DNA of 63,881 nt, counting the filler, from Stramenopiles sp. TOSAG23-3 (taxonomy: Eukaryota): NCBI GenBank assembly GCA_900128585.1. It is 7 parts of 7 records of this genome, joined end to end, with 100 filler letters (N's around TTAATTAATTAA, not from the genome) between each part and the next. Parts side by side here need not be neighbours in the genome. Positions count along the whole stretch, not along the records: positions 36,259 to 48,188 come from LT642719.1; positions 48,289 to 60,211 come from LT642720.1; 5 more parts are not named here. One strand, 5' to 3'. Within the stretch, counting starts at the first letter, position 1. Each line of letters begins with the position of its first letter. Under the pieces are notes generated by a model that saw only the letters and a program-made list of their open reading frames with translations, did not search any database and was not told the DNA's origin. Made by a program: the position numbers and the translations under genes. Below, in pieces: positions 44,152-53,911 of this stretch.

Positions 44152-46152
44152 TTACGGAAACATTGCTGCCATCGCCCCCAGGGCCTCGGCCCTTGCCTCG
44201 ACATCTTCCACTCTGACATTATTTCTATTATTGCTTCCCGCTGCCTTTTCCAATCTACTGCCGATGGCCTTGAACTGCTGCTCGCCTGCTCCCGTGCTGT
44301 TGTTAGGGGGGGCAACGGTCTGCTCGCCGGCACGCTCTGGGGCCGCCGGGTGGTTCCCACCCCGCGACTCGATCTCTCCCTCGGTGCTCTGGTCGGAGTT
44401 CTCCTGCGTGATATCCCGGTTGTAGATCACGCGCTTGCCGTTGTACTTCTCCTCGTTGATCTGGTCCGACTGTGCGTCCTGGGGGATGTGGCCGGTCATG
44501 TTCAGAATGGCCGGCAACGAGTTTGGCTTGAACGACTCGATGACTTCGTCGCGCTGCCGCTCGTTCTTGCCCATCAGTTCCTTCTGGCACGGGGCGAGGC
44601 AGGTCTTCACGCATTTCAGGAAGCACGTCCGGGCCTCTACGATCATTTTCCCGTCGGCGTTGGGCGGGGTCGGCAGAAGGGTCCAGTTGCTTGGGTCGAT
44701 GAGAAGGTCCGTCAGCTCCACGGTCTTCTTCTCCGGGAAGGTGGACGGCACCTCGTTCTTGACGGAGGACTTCTTCTCCTGGTCCCAGGTCAAGGTAAAA
44801 CGATTGTGTGCAAACTCGCACTTGTCGCTGAACTCCTCGGCGCACTGGGCCGGGCAGTCCTCGTCGCACGCCGAGCCAACGTCCGCAACGGTCGGCATCT
44901 TCGGTGCGTTGCAGTCCTCGCCCGACCACCCAGTATAGCACTCGCACTTTCCGTGCGCCGTGCAGAACCCTTGCGAGTTCTCGCCGCCATTGTAGTGGCA
45001 ATCGGTGGAGCACAAGAAGTCCTTGCACTGCACGGTGGACCCGTTCCGGGACGTGTACCCGGGGTTGCACACGCACTTCGCTGCAGCCCCGTCTCCTTCG
45101 CACTTCCCGCCTTCCTCGTCGCACGTTTCGGGATTGCACACCCGTTCCTTGCAGCCATTCTCTTTCGCGAACCCCTTATTGCACTTGCACACGCCTTCTT
45201 CTTTGTCGCACTTGCCGTTGCCGCTGCAGCCATCTTTCCCGGTACCAATGGTGCACCGTTTGAATTCGCAATTCTCGCCGTAGTACGGCTCGGTGCACGT
45301 GCACTTCCCGGTGGCGAGGTTGCAGCGTCCGTGGTCGTAGCAGTTGTTGTGGCACGATCTCTCCTGGCAGAAGTCCCCGCCGTAGGTTGCGTTGCACTCG
45401 CACTTGTAATACGTGCCGTCGAGAGAGGCCTTGCACTGCCCCTGCCCTTCGCACATATCTCTCTCCTCCCCGGTCTCGTCGTCCTTCATGCGGCAGCGAA
45501 TCCTGCTCTTCGCATTGTCCACCTCGTCCTGGTACGTTCGATTGGTCTCGATGCCCCCCGTGCGGTTCTTCACCGTCCCATTCTCGACGTAGTCCCCTTC
45601 TGGGAGCACGGTCGGGAGTTGTTTTTTGGTGTTGTTCTTCCCCACGGGGATGGAGCAGTCCGTCCCGTAGTACCCTGGCTGGCAGTAGCACACTAATTTT
45701 TGCACCGGCTTCCCGGTCTCCGCGTCCTTTTCGTCCACGGCCGGGCCCATCCGGCAGATCCCTTGCCCGTTCGTGCACACGGTGGCGCCGTCCATGGACG
45801 TCCCTGGGCAGACTTCCCTGGCGCATGGCTTCCCGGTCGCCTTGTCGAGGCCCCACCCTTTGTCGCACAGGCAGTACGGTTTCGGGGCGGCGCGGTGCTT
45901 GCAGACGCCGTGGACGCCGCAGTCGTCCTCGCAGGTCCTGACGCCGCACGCCGGACCCCTCCAGCCCGGCTTGCAGAAGCATGTCTGGTCCTCTTCCGTC
46001 CCGTCGGCATTGGCCCCGGCTTTGAAGGTGCCGCAGCGCCCGTTGCCGCTGCACACCAGGGTGTTCTTTCCCGTCGCGCACTTTAGGACCTCCGCGTGGG
46101 CGGCCAAGGCCAGGGTCGCAACGATCGCAAACAGTGGAAGTAGTTTGCCCAT
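44152..46152 (-). CDS. Secreted Cys-rich EGF-like (tenascin-type) repeat protein
   Basis: Signal peptide MGKLLPLFAIVATLALAAHA. About eight CxxxGxC...CxCxxGxxGxxC units, then a Cys-rich non-EGF segment and a polar tail. Confidence 0.88.
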   Translation of the reverse strand: MGKLLPLFAIVATLALAAHAEVLKCATGKNTLVCSGNGRCGTFKAGANADGTEEDQTCFCKPGWRGPACGVRTCEDDCGVHGVCKHRAAPKPYCLCDKGWGLDKATGKPCAREVCPGTSMDGATVCTNGQGICRMGPAVDEKDAETGKPVQKLVCYCQPGYYGTDCSIPVGKNNTKKQLPTVLPEGDYVENGTVKNRTGGIETNRTYQDEVDNAKSRIRCRMKDDETGEERDMCEGQGQCKASLDGTYYKCECNATYGGDFCQERSCHNNCYDHGRCNLATGKCTCTEPYYGENCEFKRCTIGTGKDGCSGNGKCDKEEGVCKCNKGFAKENGCKERVCNPETCDEEGGKCEGDGAAAKCVCNPGYTSRNGSTVQCKDFLCSTDCHYNGGENSQGFCTAHGKCECYTGWSGEDCNAPKMPTVADVGSACDEDCPAQCAEEFSDKCEFAHNRFTLTWDQEKKSSVKNEVPSTFPEKKTVELTDLLIDPSNWTLLPTPPNADGKMIVEARTCFLKCVKTCLAPCQKELMGKNERQRDEVIESFKPNSLPAILNMTGHIPQDAQSDQINEEKYNGKRVIYNRDITQENSDQSTEGEIESRGGNHPAAPERAGEQTVAPPNNSTGAGEQQFKAIGSRLEKAAGSNNRNNVRVEDVEARAEALGAMAAMFP

Positions 46153-46926
46153 CGTCCTCCTATGTATGTATGTATATAGCTAGCTGCGTGGCGAACTTCA
46201 AAAAAAACAAAACACACCTACAAGAAACGAAAAGGAAACGAGGGAACGAAACGAACGACTAAAACAAACCAAATCGATGACACTCGGATTACTCTCTTTC
46301 GACGAACACTCTTTCGACTCTCTATTAAGAGGTTTAACCGATCGACTGTTCAGATAGATGAACGAACGAGGTAACGGGAAAAGTAAATCATGCGCTCGTT
46401 CCTTCTTTCCTCCTTTCCACTTGTTTCAAACCCTTCCTTATCCTTTCGTTCACTCGTTCACTCGTTCACTCGTTTCTTTCTTTTTTCTTTCTTTTTTCTT
46501 TCTTTTGTATTATTAATAGGTATTATTATAAATAGTATACTTATAGATGTGTTATAAGTACCACCCCACTTTTTTTAAATTGAAAAAGAAGGAAAAATAG
46601 AAAAAACTCTCCTCGTTTGAATTTGTACTTAAAATTAATAATAGAATAGTCTTCTTTCCTATCAAATGGATTCCTTTTCATGGTTTGTACTTATAATGAA
46701 TTAGACTATGCTTTGTCCTATCAAATGGGATTTATGATTTCTAGGATATGTACTTATAATGACGTTATCGTATGCTAAGAGAGTATATCATCCTATTAAC
46801 AAATGTTGGTGGTACTGTGTTCATGTTGTTCGGAAGAAAGGAACCTTTCCTATTTACCCTAATTATAACTCTATCTTTTCTTCGAAGAAATCTTTCTTCA
46901 ATTTTTCAAATTCTTCAATTCTAAAT

Positions 46927-47117
46927 TAAAGAAAGAAGAAAGAAGAAAGAAGGAAGAAAAAGAAAGAAGAAAGAAGAAAGAAGAAAGAAGAAAGAAGAAA
47001 GAAGAAAGAAGAAGAAGAAGAAGAAGAAGAAGAAGAAGGAAGAAGAAGAAGAAGAAAGAAGAAAGAAGGAAGAAGAAGAACAAGAACAAGAAGAAAGAAA
47101 GAAAGAAAGAAAGAAGA
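46927..47117. repeat. About 190-nt near-homopurine (GAA/GAAA) tract
   Basis: Almost exclusively A/G on the + strand. Confidence 0.92.
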
Positions 47118-47672
47118 CAAATGAGTGGGTTGGTGGTGTATTTATGTATTTATGTATGGTAAAAATTAAAAAATACAATCTAACCTCCTTCCTGGATTAT
47201 TATATATTAATACATACATACATCATACCCTATAAATTATACCTAATTATAATATTAATTAATGATAAAATTAGGGTTTAAATACAAGAACCCTAAATTA
47301 TAATTCTTCTTTCTTCTTCTATTTTATTTATTTAAATTATATTATTATTCTATTTTTAAATTCTATTATTATTATTTTAATTCTTCTCTTCTTCTTCTAT
47401 TAATATCTCCTTTCTTCTTCCCTTTTTTTTTCTTCTCTTACTTCCTCCACTCCCTTTGTAACATAAAATAATAATAATCCAAGCCAGCCGAAACGACTAT
47501 GTACACACTCAAATTGCCAACAGCCAACACCACCACCAACAACAACAACACACGACAACACACGACAATCGGGTGCTTTAACGATTTCGTGGTTCCCTCC
47601 TCTTCGGCTACTAGTATTAAACAACCCGACCGAGCGAACACGGTAGACTGACCGTAACGGGTGGACCGAGCG

Positions 47673-48188
47673 ATGGACGCGCCCTACGCCGCCCTGCAAG
47701 GAAACCCTGGCCGGCGTGTCGTCGAGGCCGACGCCGCCATGGACATGCGGGACAACGGTAGCCCCGGGGGGGCGAGGCGGCTGTCGTTCGTGGAGGATGA
47801 CAGCGTCGACGAGGACGGGCTGAGGGGAAACGCCGCCGGCTACTCCACGTACGACGAGGAGGGCGGGGCCGCGTCGGACTCCGGGCTCTTCGTCGCGCGC
47901 GGTGAGGGGGCATCCCAAGGGGCGCGGCGGACCCTGGGCGCTGGGCGTCGAAGGAAGAAGCGCGCGCGGACGCTCCGGGGGAAAGGGGTCGTCGGGGCGA
48001 GAGGGGTGAGGCGGCGGCGGCGGCGAATCTACGCGGAGTGCGTCGCGAGGGAGCTGGACGTGCGGGAGGTGGTCCGGGCGCTGCGGAGGGCGCACGCCCA
48101 GTTCGGCACGTGGGACACGCTGACGTACGAGGGCGGGATCGTGCACCTCCACATCCTCTACGCCCCGGGGGGGGGGGGGGGGGGGGGG
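47673..48188 (+). CDS. 5' part of a gene, possibly RMD1/DUF155-like, 3'-partial
   Basis: GC-rich ORF after a CAA-rich leader. RRIYAECVARELDV...W...YEGGIVHL resembles the N-terminal part of RMD1/RMD8/Sif2 proteins. Ends in poly-G at the scaffold end. Confidence 0.5.
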
Positions 48189-48393
48189 NNNNNNNNNNNN
48201 NNNNNNNNNNNNNNNNNNNNNNNNNNNNNNNNTTAATTAATTAANNNNNNNNNNNNNNNNNNNNNNNNNNNNNNNNNNNNNNNNNNNNCTTTTCTCCATC
48301 GCATCGCGTCCGTTTTCACCCTGTTGTATTGAATTTCTGTCATTGTTCATTGAGAAATCCACGATCCAACCAACCATCCATCCATCCATTCCT

Positions 48394-48957
48394 ATGTTGG
48401 CACGTGTAGGAAGAACAACGACGTCGGCAGCACTCCGTTGCTTGGCCGGGCCCGCCGTCCGCCCTGGTGGTTTCCGTTTCCTTGGGGGCGCGACGAACGC
48501 CTTTGGTACGGATGCCGCGTTGTACGCCAGTGCGGTGCAAGAGGTTGAAGAGGCCGCGGTGAAGGTAACCTTTGTCGACTATTTGGGCCACCGCCACACG
48601 AAGCTAGGTCGTGTTGGCCAGTCCTTGGTCGACGTGTGCAGGACGTACGACATGGACTTGTTGGAGTGCGACACGGTGCACGCGGGCGGCAACCGGTTTG
48701 AAATCATCCACAACGAAGTGTGGACCGAGGACGTGTTCGGCGAAGGCCCCGTCTCCTCCCTCTCCCACGTCGTTGTTGCGAACGAGTGGCTCGAGAAGAT
48801 CCCGGGCCCGGTCCCACAAGAGCTGACCTTGTTGGAAGAGCTCGACTCCGACCAGAAGACCGACAATAGCAGGCTTGGCAGTGAAATCATTTTGACCAAG
48901 GAATTGCACGGTCTCGTCGTCAACGTGCCGGACCCGCCCCCCTCCGACCTTCCATAA
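48394..48957 (+). CDS. Mitochondrial adrenodoxin-like ferredoxin with degenerate Fe-S ligands (candidate complex I ferredoxin-bridge subunit)
   Basis: Arg/Ala-rich presequence MLARVGRTTTSAALRCLAG. VKVTFVDYLGHRH...GRVGQSL, SSLSHV and TDNSRLGSEIILTKELHGLVV match the adrenodoxin pattern. Confidence 0.85.
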   Translation: MLARVGRTTTSAALRCLAGPAVRPGGFRFLGGATNAFGTDAALYASAVQEVEEAAVKVTFVDYLGHRHTKLGRVGQSLVDVCRTYDMDLLECDTVHAGGNRFEIIHNEVWTEDVFGEGPVSSLSHVVVANEWLEKIPGPVPQELTLLEELDSDQKTDNSRLGSEIILTKELHGLVVNVPDPPPSDLP

Positions 48958-49260
48958 CCCAAGGTGCGGAGGCCGTGTGCGCCGAGAAAGAGCCCTTGAA
49001 GAAAAACAGTCCGTTATAAATTGCGTAGGATAAGTAAAAGCGTAAATGTTAAATTATTGGAAACGATATTTTTTTAATCTGTTTCTTTGCTAATTTCGGT
49101 AAATTTAGATAAGGGGCTTGTCTGTACTGTACACACACGGCGTTTCTGTTTGAAACCAACACCTGGCGTGGTATTACATCTCATAGAGTCTTAAAACATA
49201 CTATATAATTATTTTTTTTACATCTCATGTACGTAATTACAACCCAATTCCCCTCTTCCC

Positions 49261-51733
49261 TCAAACGTGCGCTTCGGACACGATCGACCCGTCCCCCTCT
49301 CCGGCATAATTCTGGCTGTCCCCAGGGGCCGCCATCGTGCTCCGCATCTTGTCCAGCATGTCCGACTTCACCTGCTTCGTTTTCTCCCCGCGGATCTGAA
49401 GGACTTCCGCGCCATGCTTTGCCACGAGGGCCTCGACCTCCATCTCGTGCTCCAGCTTGGTCAGCTGCTGGAGCTGCTGAAGGGCCGCGCTCGCCTCCTC
49501 CCGCATCTTCCGCCGCACTTCGTCCGTCGCCCGGGCGTGCGCCTCCCGCGCCCCCGCCATCGCTGCCCCGTGCGCGTGCTCGGCCTCTTCCCGCGCGAGC
49601 GCCATCGCCTTCGTCCGCTGCTCCACCTCGTCCTCCCACTGGTCCTGCGCCCGCCTCATCGCGGCCGCGTGCTCCCGGGCCTGCCGTTCCAGGGCGTCCT
49701 TCAGCCGGCCCTGCTCCAGCGTCGCCTGGACCCCGCGCCGCTCGGCCGCCGCCTCCTGCGCCCGGACGGCGTCGCGGACGGCCGCGTCCAGCGCGACCCG
49801 GTGCTCCCCGTCCCTCTCCTCTAGCCTCGACCGCAGCCGGGCCGCGAACGCCGCCTCCAGCTCCCCCTTCGTCCGGGCGTAAAGCCCCTCGCGTTCCGCG
49901 TGCCACTTCTCCCGCTGGGCCGCGAACCGCCCCTCCGACGCCTCCAGCAAGGCCTCGAAGTGCCTCCTCGTGCCCTGCATCGCCGCCTCGTGCTCCTGGA
50001 CCATCGCCCGCCGCCCGAGAAAGTTCATGTCCCCGGACGGCTTCCTGGTCCGCTGCGCGAGCTTCTCGTCCGCGACGGCGCGCTCCACCGCCGCCCGCAG
50101 CGCCGCCGCGTTCTCCTTTATCAGCGCGCCCACGTCCTCCTCGTGCTTTCGCAGGAGGGCCTCGTTCGTGCTCATGAACTCCGCGCGTGCGGCCTCGTGC
50201 TCCCGGAGGGCGCCCACGTGCGCCTCCCGGGGGACGAAGCGGGCGTCGCGGTCCTTCTGCCACTCCGCCCGGAGCGCGTCGGTGCGGAGCGCCCAGTGCG
50301 CGTCGCGCTCCCGGACCGCCGCCGCCGCCGCGGACCCTTCCCCTGCCGGGGCGGGGGGAGCCCAGCCCTTCCGCGCCTCCAGCCGCTGCGACAGGTCCGC
50401 GATGGCCCGGTCCCGGTCCGCGATGGCCCGGTCCCGGTCCGCGTCCCACCGGGCCTTCTCCGACGCGAAGGCCTCCGCCTGGCGCTGCCGCTCCTTCTGC
50501 AGCAGGCCCTGGACGTTGTTCAGGGACGCCTGGTACTTTGCGATGACCGCGTGCTTCTCCCGCTCATGCTGGTCCGTGATCGTCGCGATGGTGTCGTTCA
50601 GCTTCTTCTTCTGCTGCTGCTCGAGGACCACCATCTTGCTGTTGTGCTCCCGGAGGGCCGCCGCCCCGCTCGACTGCCGGCGGTTCGCGCTGTCGTTCGC
50701 CGACTGGAGCTCCAGCTCCTCCAACTCCTCCGTCAGCATATCGATCGAGCGCTGCTTTCGCGAGACCTCCCTCGTTTTCTGCGCCAGCAGCCCGGTCAGC
50801 GACTGCTGCGTCTTCAACAGCTGGCTTGACCGCCTACGCCACATCTGTGACGCGTCCGTCTGCTCCCCCTTGTCATCGCTCGAGAAGATCGCCATCACCT
50901 GGGACTCGCAGACTTGGAGCCGGGCCTTGTACTCGTTCGACCGCTCCATCGCCGCGTCCCGCTCGCCCTGAAGCTCCAGGTACCGCGACATCGGGATGAC
51001 CTCTTCCGACTCCATCGTGCCCTCTGCTTCGGACTCTGCCGCGTCCTCCACCTCCTCCTCCCTCACTGGCGGGGGCGTTGCCCGCCCGGTCGCGTTCGCC
51101 GATTTCGGGCGCCGGTTTACGAACGTCCCGTTTTCCGGCCGAACCCACTGCGACTGGCTCGTCGCCGTGTTGTAGTAGAACACGTGGCCCTCGTCCGTCT
51201 GGAGGATTTCCCACGTGACCGTGGGAGTGGGCGCGGGGGGGGGGAGGGGGCGCCGCCTCGTCCGCCGCGACGCTCGTCCCCGTCGCCGCGTCCTCAAAAT
51301 CGGTGAAATCATCGTCGTCCGTTACGTAGAAGGAATCGTTCAGGGCGTTTTCGTTTTCGTTTCCTGCCTCGTCGACCATCACCCCCGTCGTTGTTGGGTC
51401 CTCCTCCGCTCGTTCCCGTTGCCCACCACCACCGTCGTCGTTGTACCCGGCGTTTCCACCCTCCAGCCCGGCACCGTCGGCATTACCACTACCACCACTA
51501 CCACCTACGCTCCCCACGTCCGCCCACTCCGACTCTTGCGTACGTTTGTTGTAATAATACCTGTGGCCCTCCTCCGTTTCCAACAGTTCCCATTCCTCCC
51601 CCCCCTCTACTGTCCCGTATTCGTCCGCGGCATACCCATTCTCGTACGAAGGAAAGTATTCTCCTCGTTCACCACCTTCTACATCGTACCCAGCCGAACC
51701 GTACCACTCGTCTTCCTCAACGTAACTCGTCAT
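49261..51733 (-). CDS. Two-WW-domain, long coiled-coil protein; one frame break in the G-run at 51235-51250
   Basis: WW1 WELLETEEGHRYYYNKRTQESEW lies in ORF 50873..51733. WW2 WEILQTDEGHVFYYNTATSQSQWVRP and the coiled coil lie in ORF 49261..51312. The frames cross at a poly-Pro-coding homopolymer. Confidence 0.8.
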
Positions 51734-52892
51734 AATAGTGACAATTCACAATCAAACGAAATCAAAACTAACAAACGTTTGGTGTCCTTGAAAGACCACT
51801 ATTAAAAGGCAACGGTGCGAATACCGTGTTATTCGCAAAAGACACTTCAACGTACCAAGGTACGGTATAACACGAAACGACCAACGAAAGAAATGAAAAA
51901 ATATAGATATATATGTCTATCTATCTAAATATATATCTTAATCCACCCAAACCATTCGGAATGAAACGAAACGCCATTCAAATCAAATCAAATCAAATCG
52001 AATCAAATCAATGGACAACTTGAAGTGAAAACTTAACCGTTTTGATTCCTTTGAACTTTCTTGAATGAAATCTCACCAAAATAAATAAATATATTTGATT
52101 CCTTCCCTGTGTCTATGTACATATTCAAAAATCCAACCTCCAATCAAGTGGGGTGAATATATTTGTATACTCTATATTGCATAATATGTACTTATAATAA
52201 AGTACAAATAAAGGCATTTTTTAAAAATAGATCAATGCTATAACTATGTTACAATATATTATTTATCCAATATTTGTATACTCTATTATAGGTATTGTGG
52301 TACTTAATCTATGTTCAATATTTACTTGTGCGTATTTTTTGTTTCGTTCACTTCCACATTAGTATACGATATATTATATAGGAATAATTGTACTGTTTTA
52401 AAGTGTTTATAAACGTTGAATAAAACGTTTGGTTAATGCTATTCTAATATATGAAACTATTGTTTACCCAATGAGTGTATACTCATAGATAGAGTCATTT
52501 GTACTAAATATTATTTCAATATTACCTTGGTTGTTTTTTTTGTTTTTAAAGGAGGAAAGAAATTTGAGTGAAAAAAAAAAGGGGGGAGTTGAGTACATAC
52601 TTTGGGTACTCTTTAATGGGACTAAAAGGAGATTGTTTCCGTAGCTAACATTGAATAAGGAAACGAATTTATGGCAAAAGTTAGTTTGAGTGAACGAAAC
52701 GGTTCAATGATCAATGACTGGAAAGAAAGATAGATAGAAAGAAATCGAATCGAATCAACGTTCCATTTCATTTCAGATTGGTTGTGTCTTGCTCTCTGTC
52801 TTTCTGTGCGTGTTCGTATATCGGTGTGTGGTGTCATTGATTTTGTTCCATTGCAATCCAATCGAATCGAGTCCCGTTTGATTGCCTTCAGG

Positions 52893-53829
52893 ATGGGTGC
52901 CGTTTTGTCCCATGGCCGTCGTCCGAGTGCCATTGCAATGGCAATGCTGGCAATTGCATCGATGATGGTCCTTCTCCCAACGATCGTGCGTTCCCATTCG
53001 CTTCGGCGGGAAAGCAAACATAGACTCCTGAACGACAATGGAGGACCGGCCGAAAAACCTCCCGAAACCTCCGAAAGACATCCCCCGCGGCCCGGAGAAG
53101 ATCACGTACGGCTTTGCCCCGCGGTTCAATGAAATAGACGCGTACAAGAACAGTCCGTACTGGACGTACTTTAAAAAGGTGTGGGGGAACGCACCGATGA
53201 TAGACACAAACTTCCGGCTCTGGCTCGGTGGGTTTTTCAAGTCCTACGCCCAGCCGAAAGCGGCGGCAAAGTACCAAGAGACCCAGTCCCTCCCGAGCTA
53301 CTTCAATTACTTTGGAAAGACGTACGACCCGCTGAAGGACCCGCCTTACCCGTCGGAGTTTCAGCTTTTTGAGAACGGAAAGCCCGTCCCCGTCCCGGAC
53401 GAGGCGCGGGCGGAGGACGGGACGTACACCGGGGACATACGGTCCGACTGCACCAACGCCAACAAGTTCGCGAACGCAGAGGGGTACAAACGCCCCTGCG
53501 GGGTCAACGAGATTGCCGCACGGAGCCAGACCAAGGAGAAGGATCAGGACGGGCTGAAGAAGATCTTGGGCCGAACGGCGCACTCGGAGGGGGCGAAGAT
53601 GCCCGCAGGGTCCCCGCGGGGGTCCATCTACTTCACGTACGACAAGCCCCCGGAGGACCTGGGCGGGGAGGGAAAGAACCCGTGGATCGGCCTCGACCAG
53701 ACCTGGGGAAGGAACAAAATCTCCAGCGAGACGGACCGGCCGAAAAACCTCCCGAAACCTCCGAAAGACATCCCCCGCGGCCCGGAGAAGATCACGTACG
53801 GCTTTGCCCCGACTTTAAATACTATATAA
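52893..53829 (+). CDS. Putative secreted Pro/Lys/aromatic-rich protein of unknown family; assembly probably collapsed
   Basis: Signal-like MGAVLSHGRRPSAIAMAMLAIASMMVLLPTIVRS in one frame and a 263-aa GC3-rich ORF (53038..53829) in the +1 frame. Confidence 0.6.
53043..53811 (+). repeat. Perfect 79-bp direct repeat (53043-53121 and 53733-53811), 690-bp period
   Basis: Base-by-base identity GGACCGGCCGAAAAACC...GGCTTTGCCCCG; the spacing is in frame (230 codons). Confidence 0.93.
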
Positions 53830-53911
53830 TTTGTTTCATATTTGTTTTTTCATATATATTCATAAGAACCTTATACGATATGCCATGATAGCCTTGCCGC
53901 CCCTCCCTCCT

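Noticed and set aside
51235..51250. Programmed frameshift in the WW/coiled-coil gene
   Set aside because: The break lies in a 10-base homopolymer, where a length miscall is the simplest explanation.
53043..53811. 79-bp direct repeats as LTRs or CRISPR repeats
   Set aside because: Only two copies, in frame within coding sequence, with no TG..CA ends, target-site duplication, spacers or cas genes.
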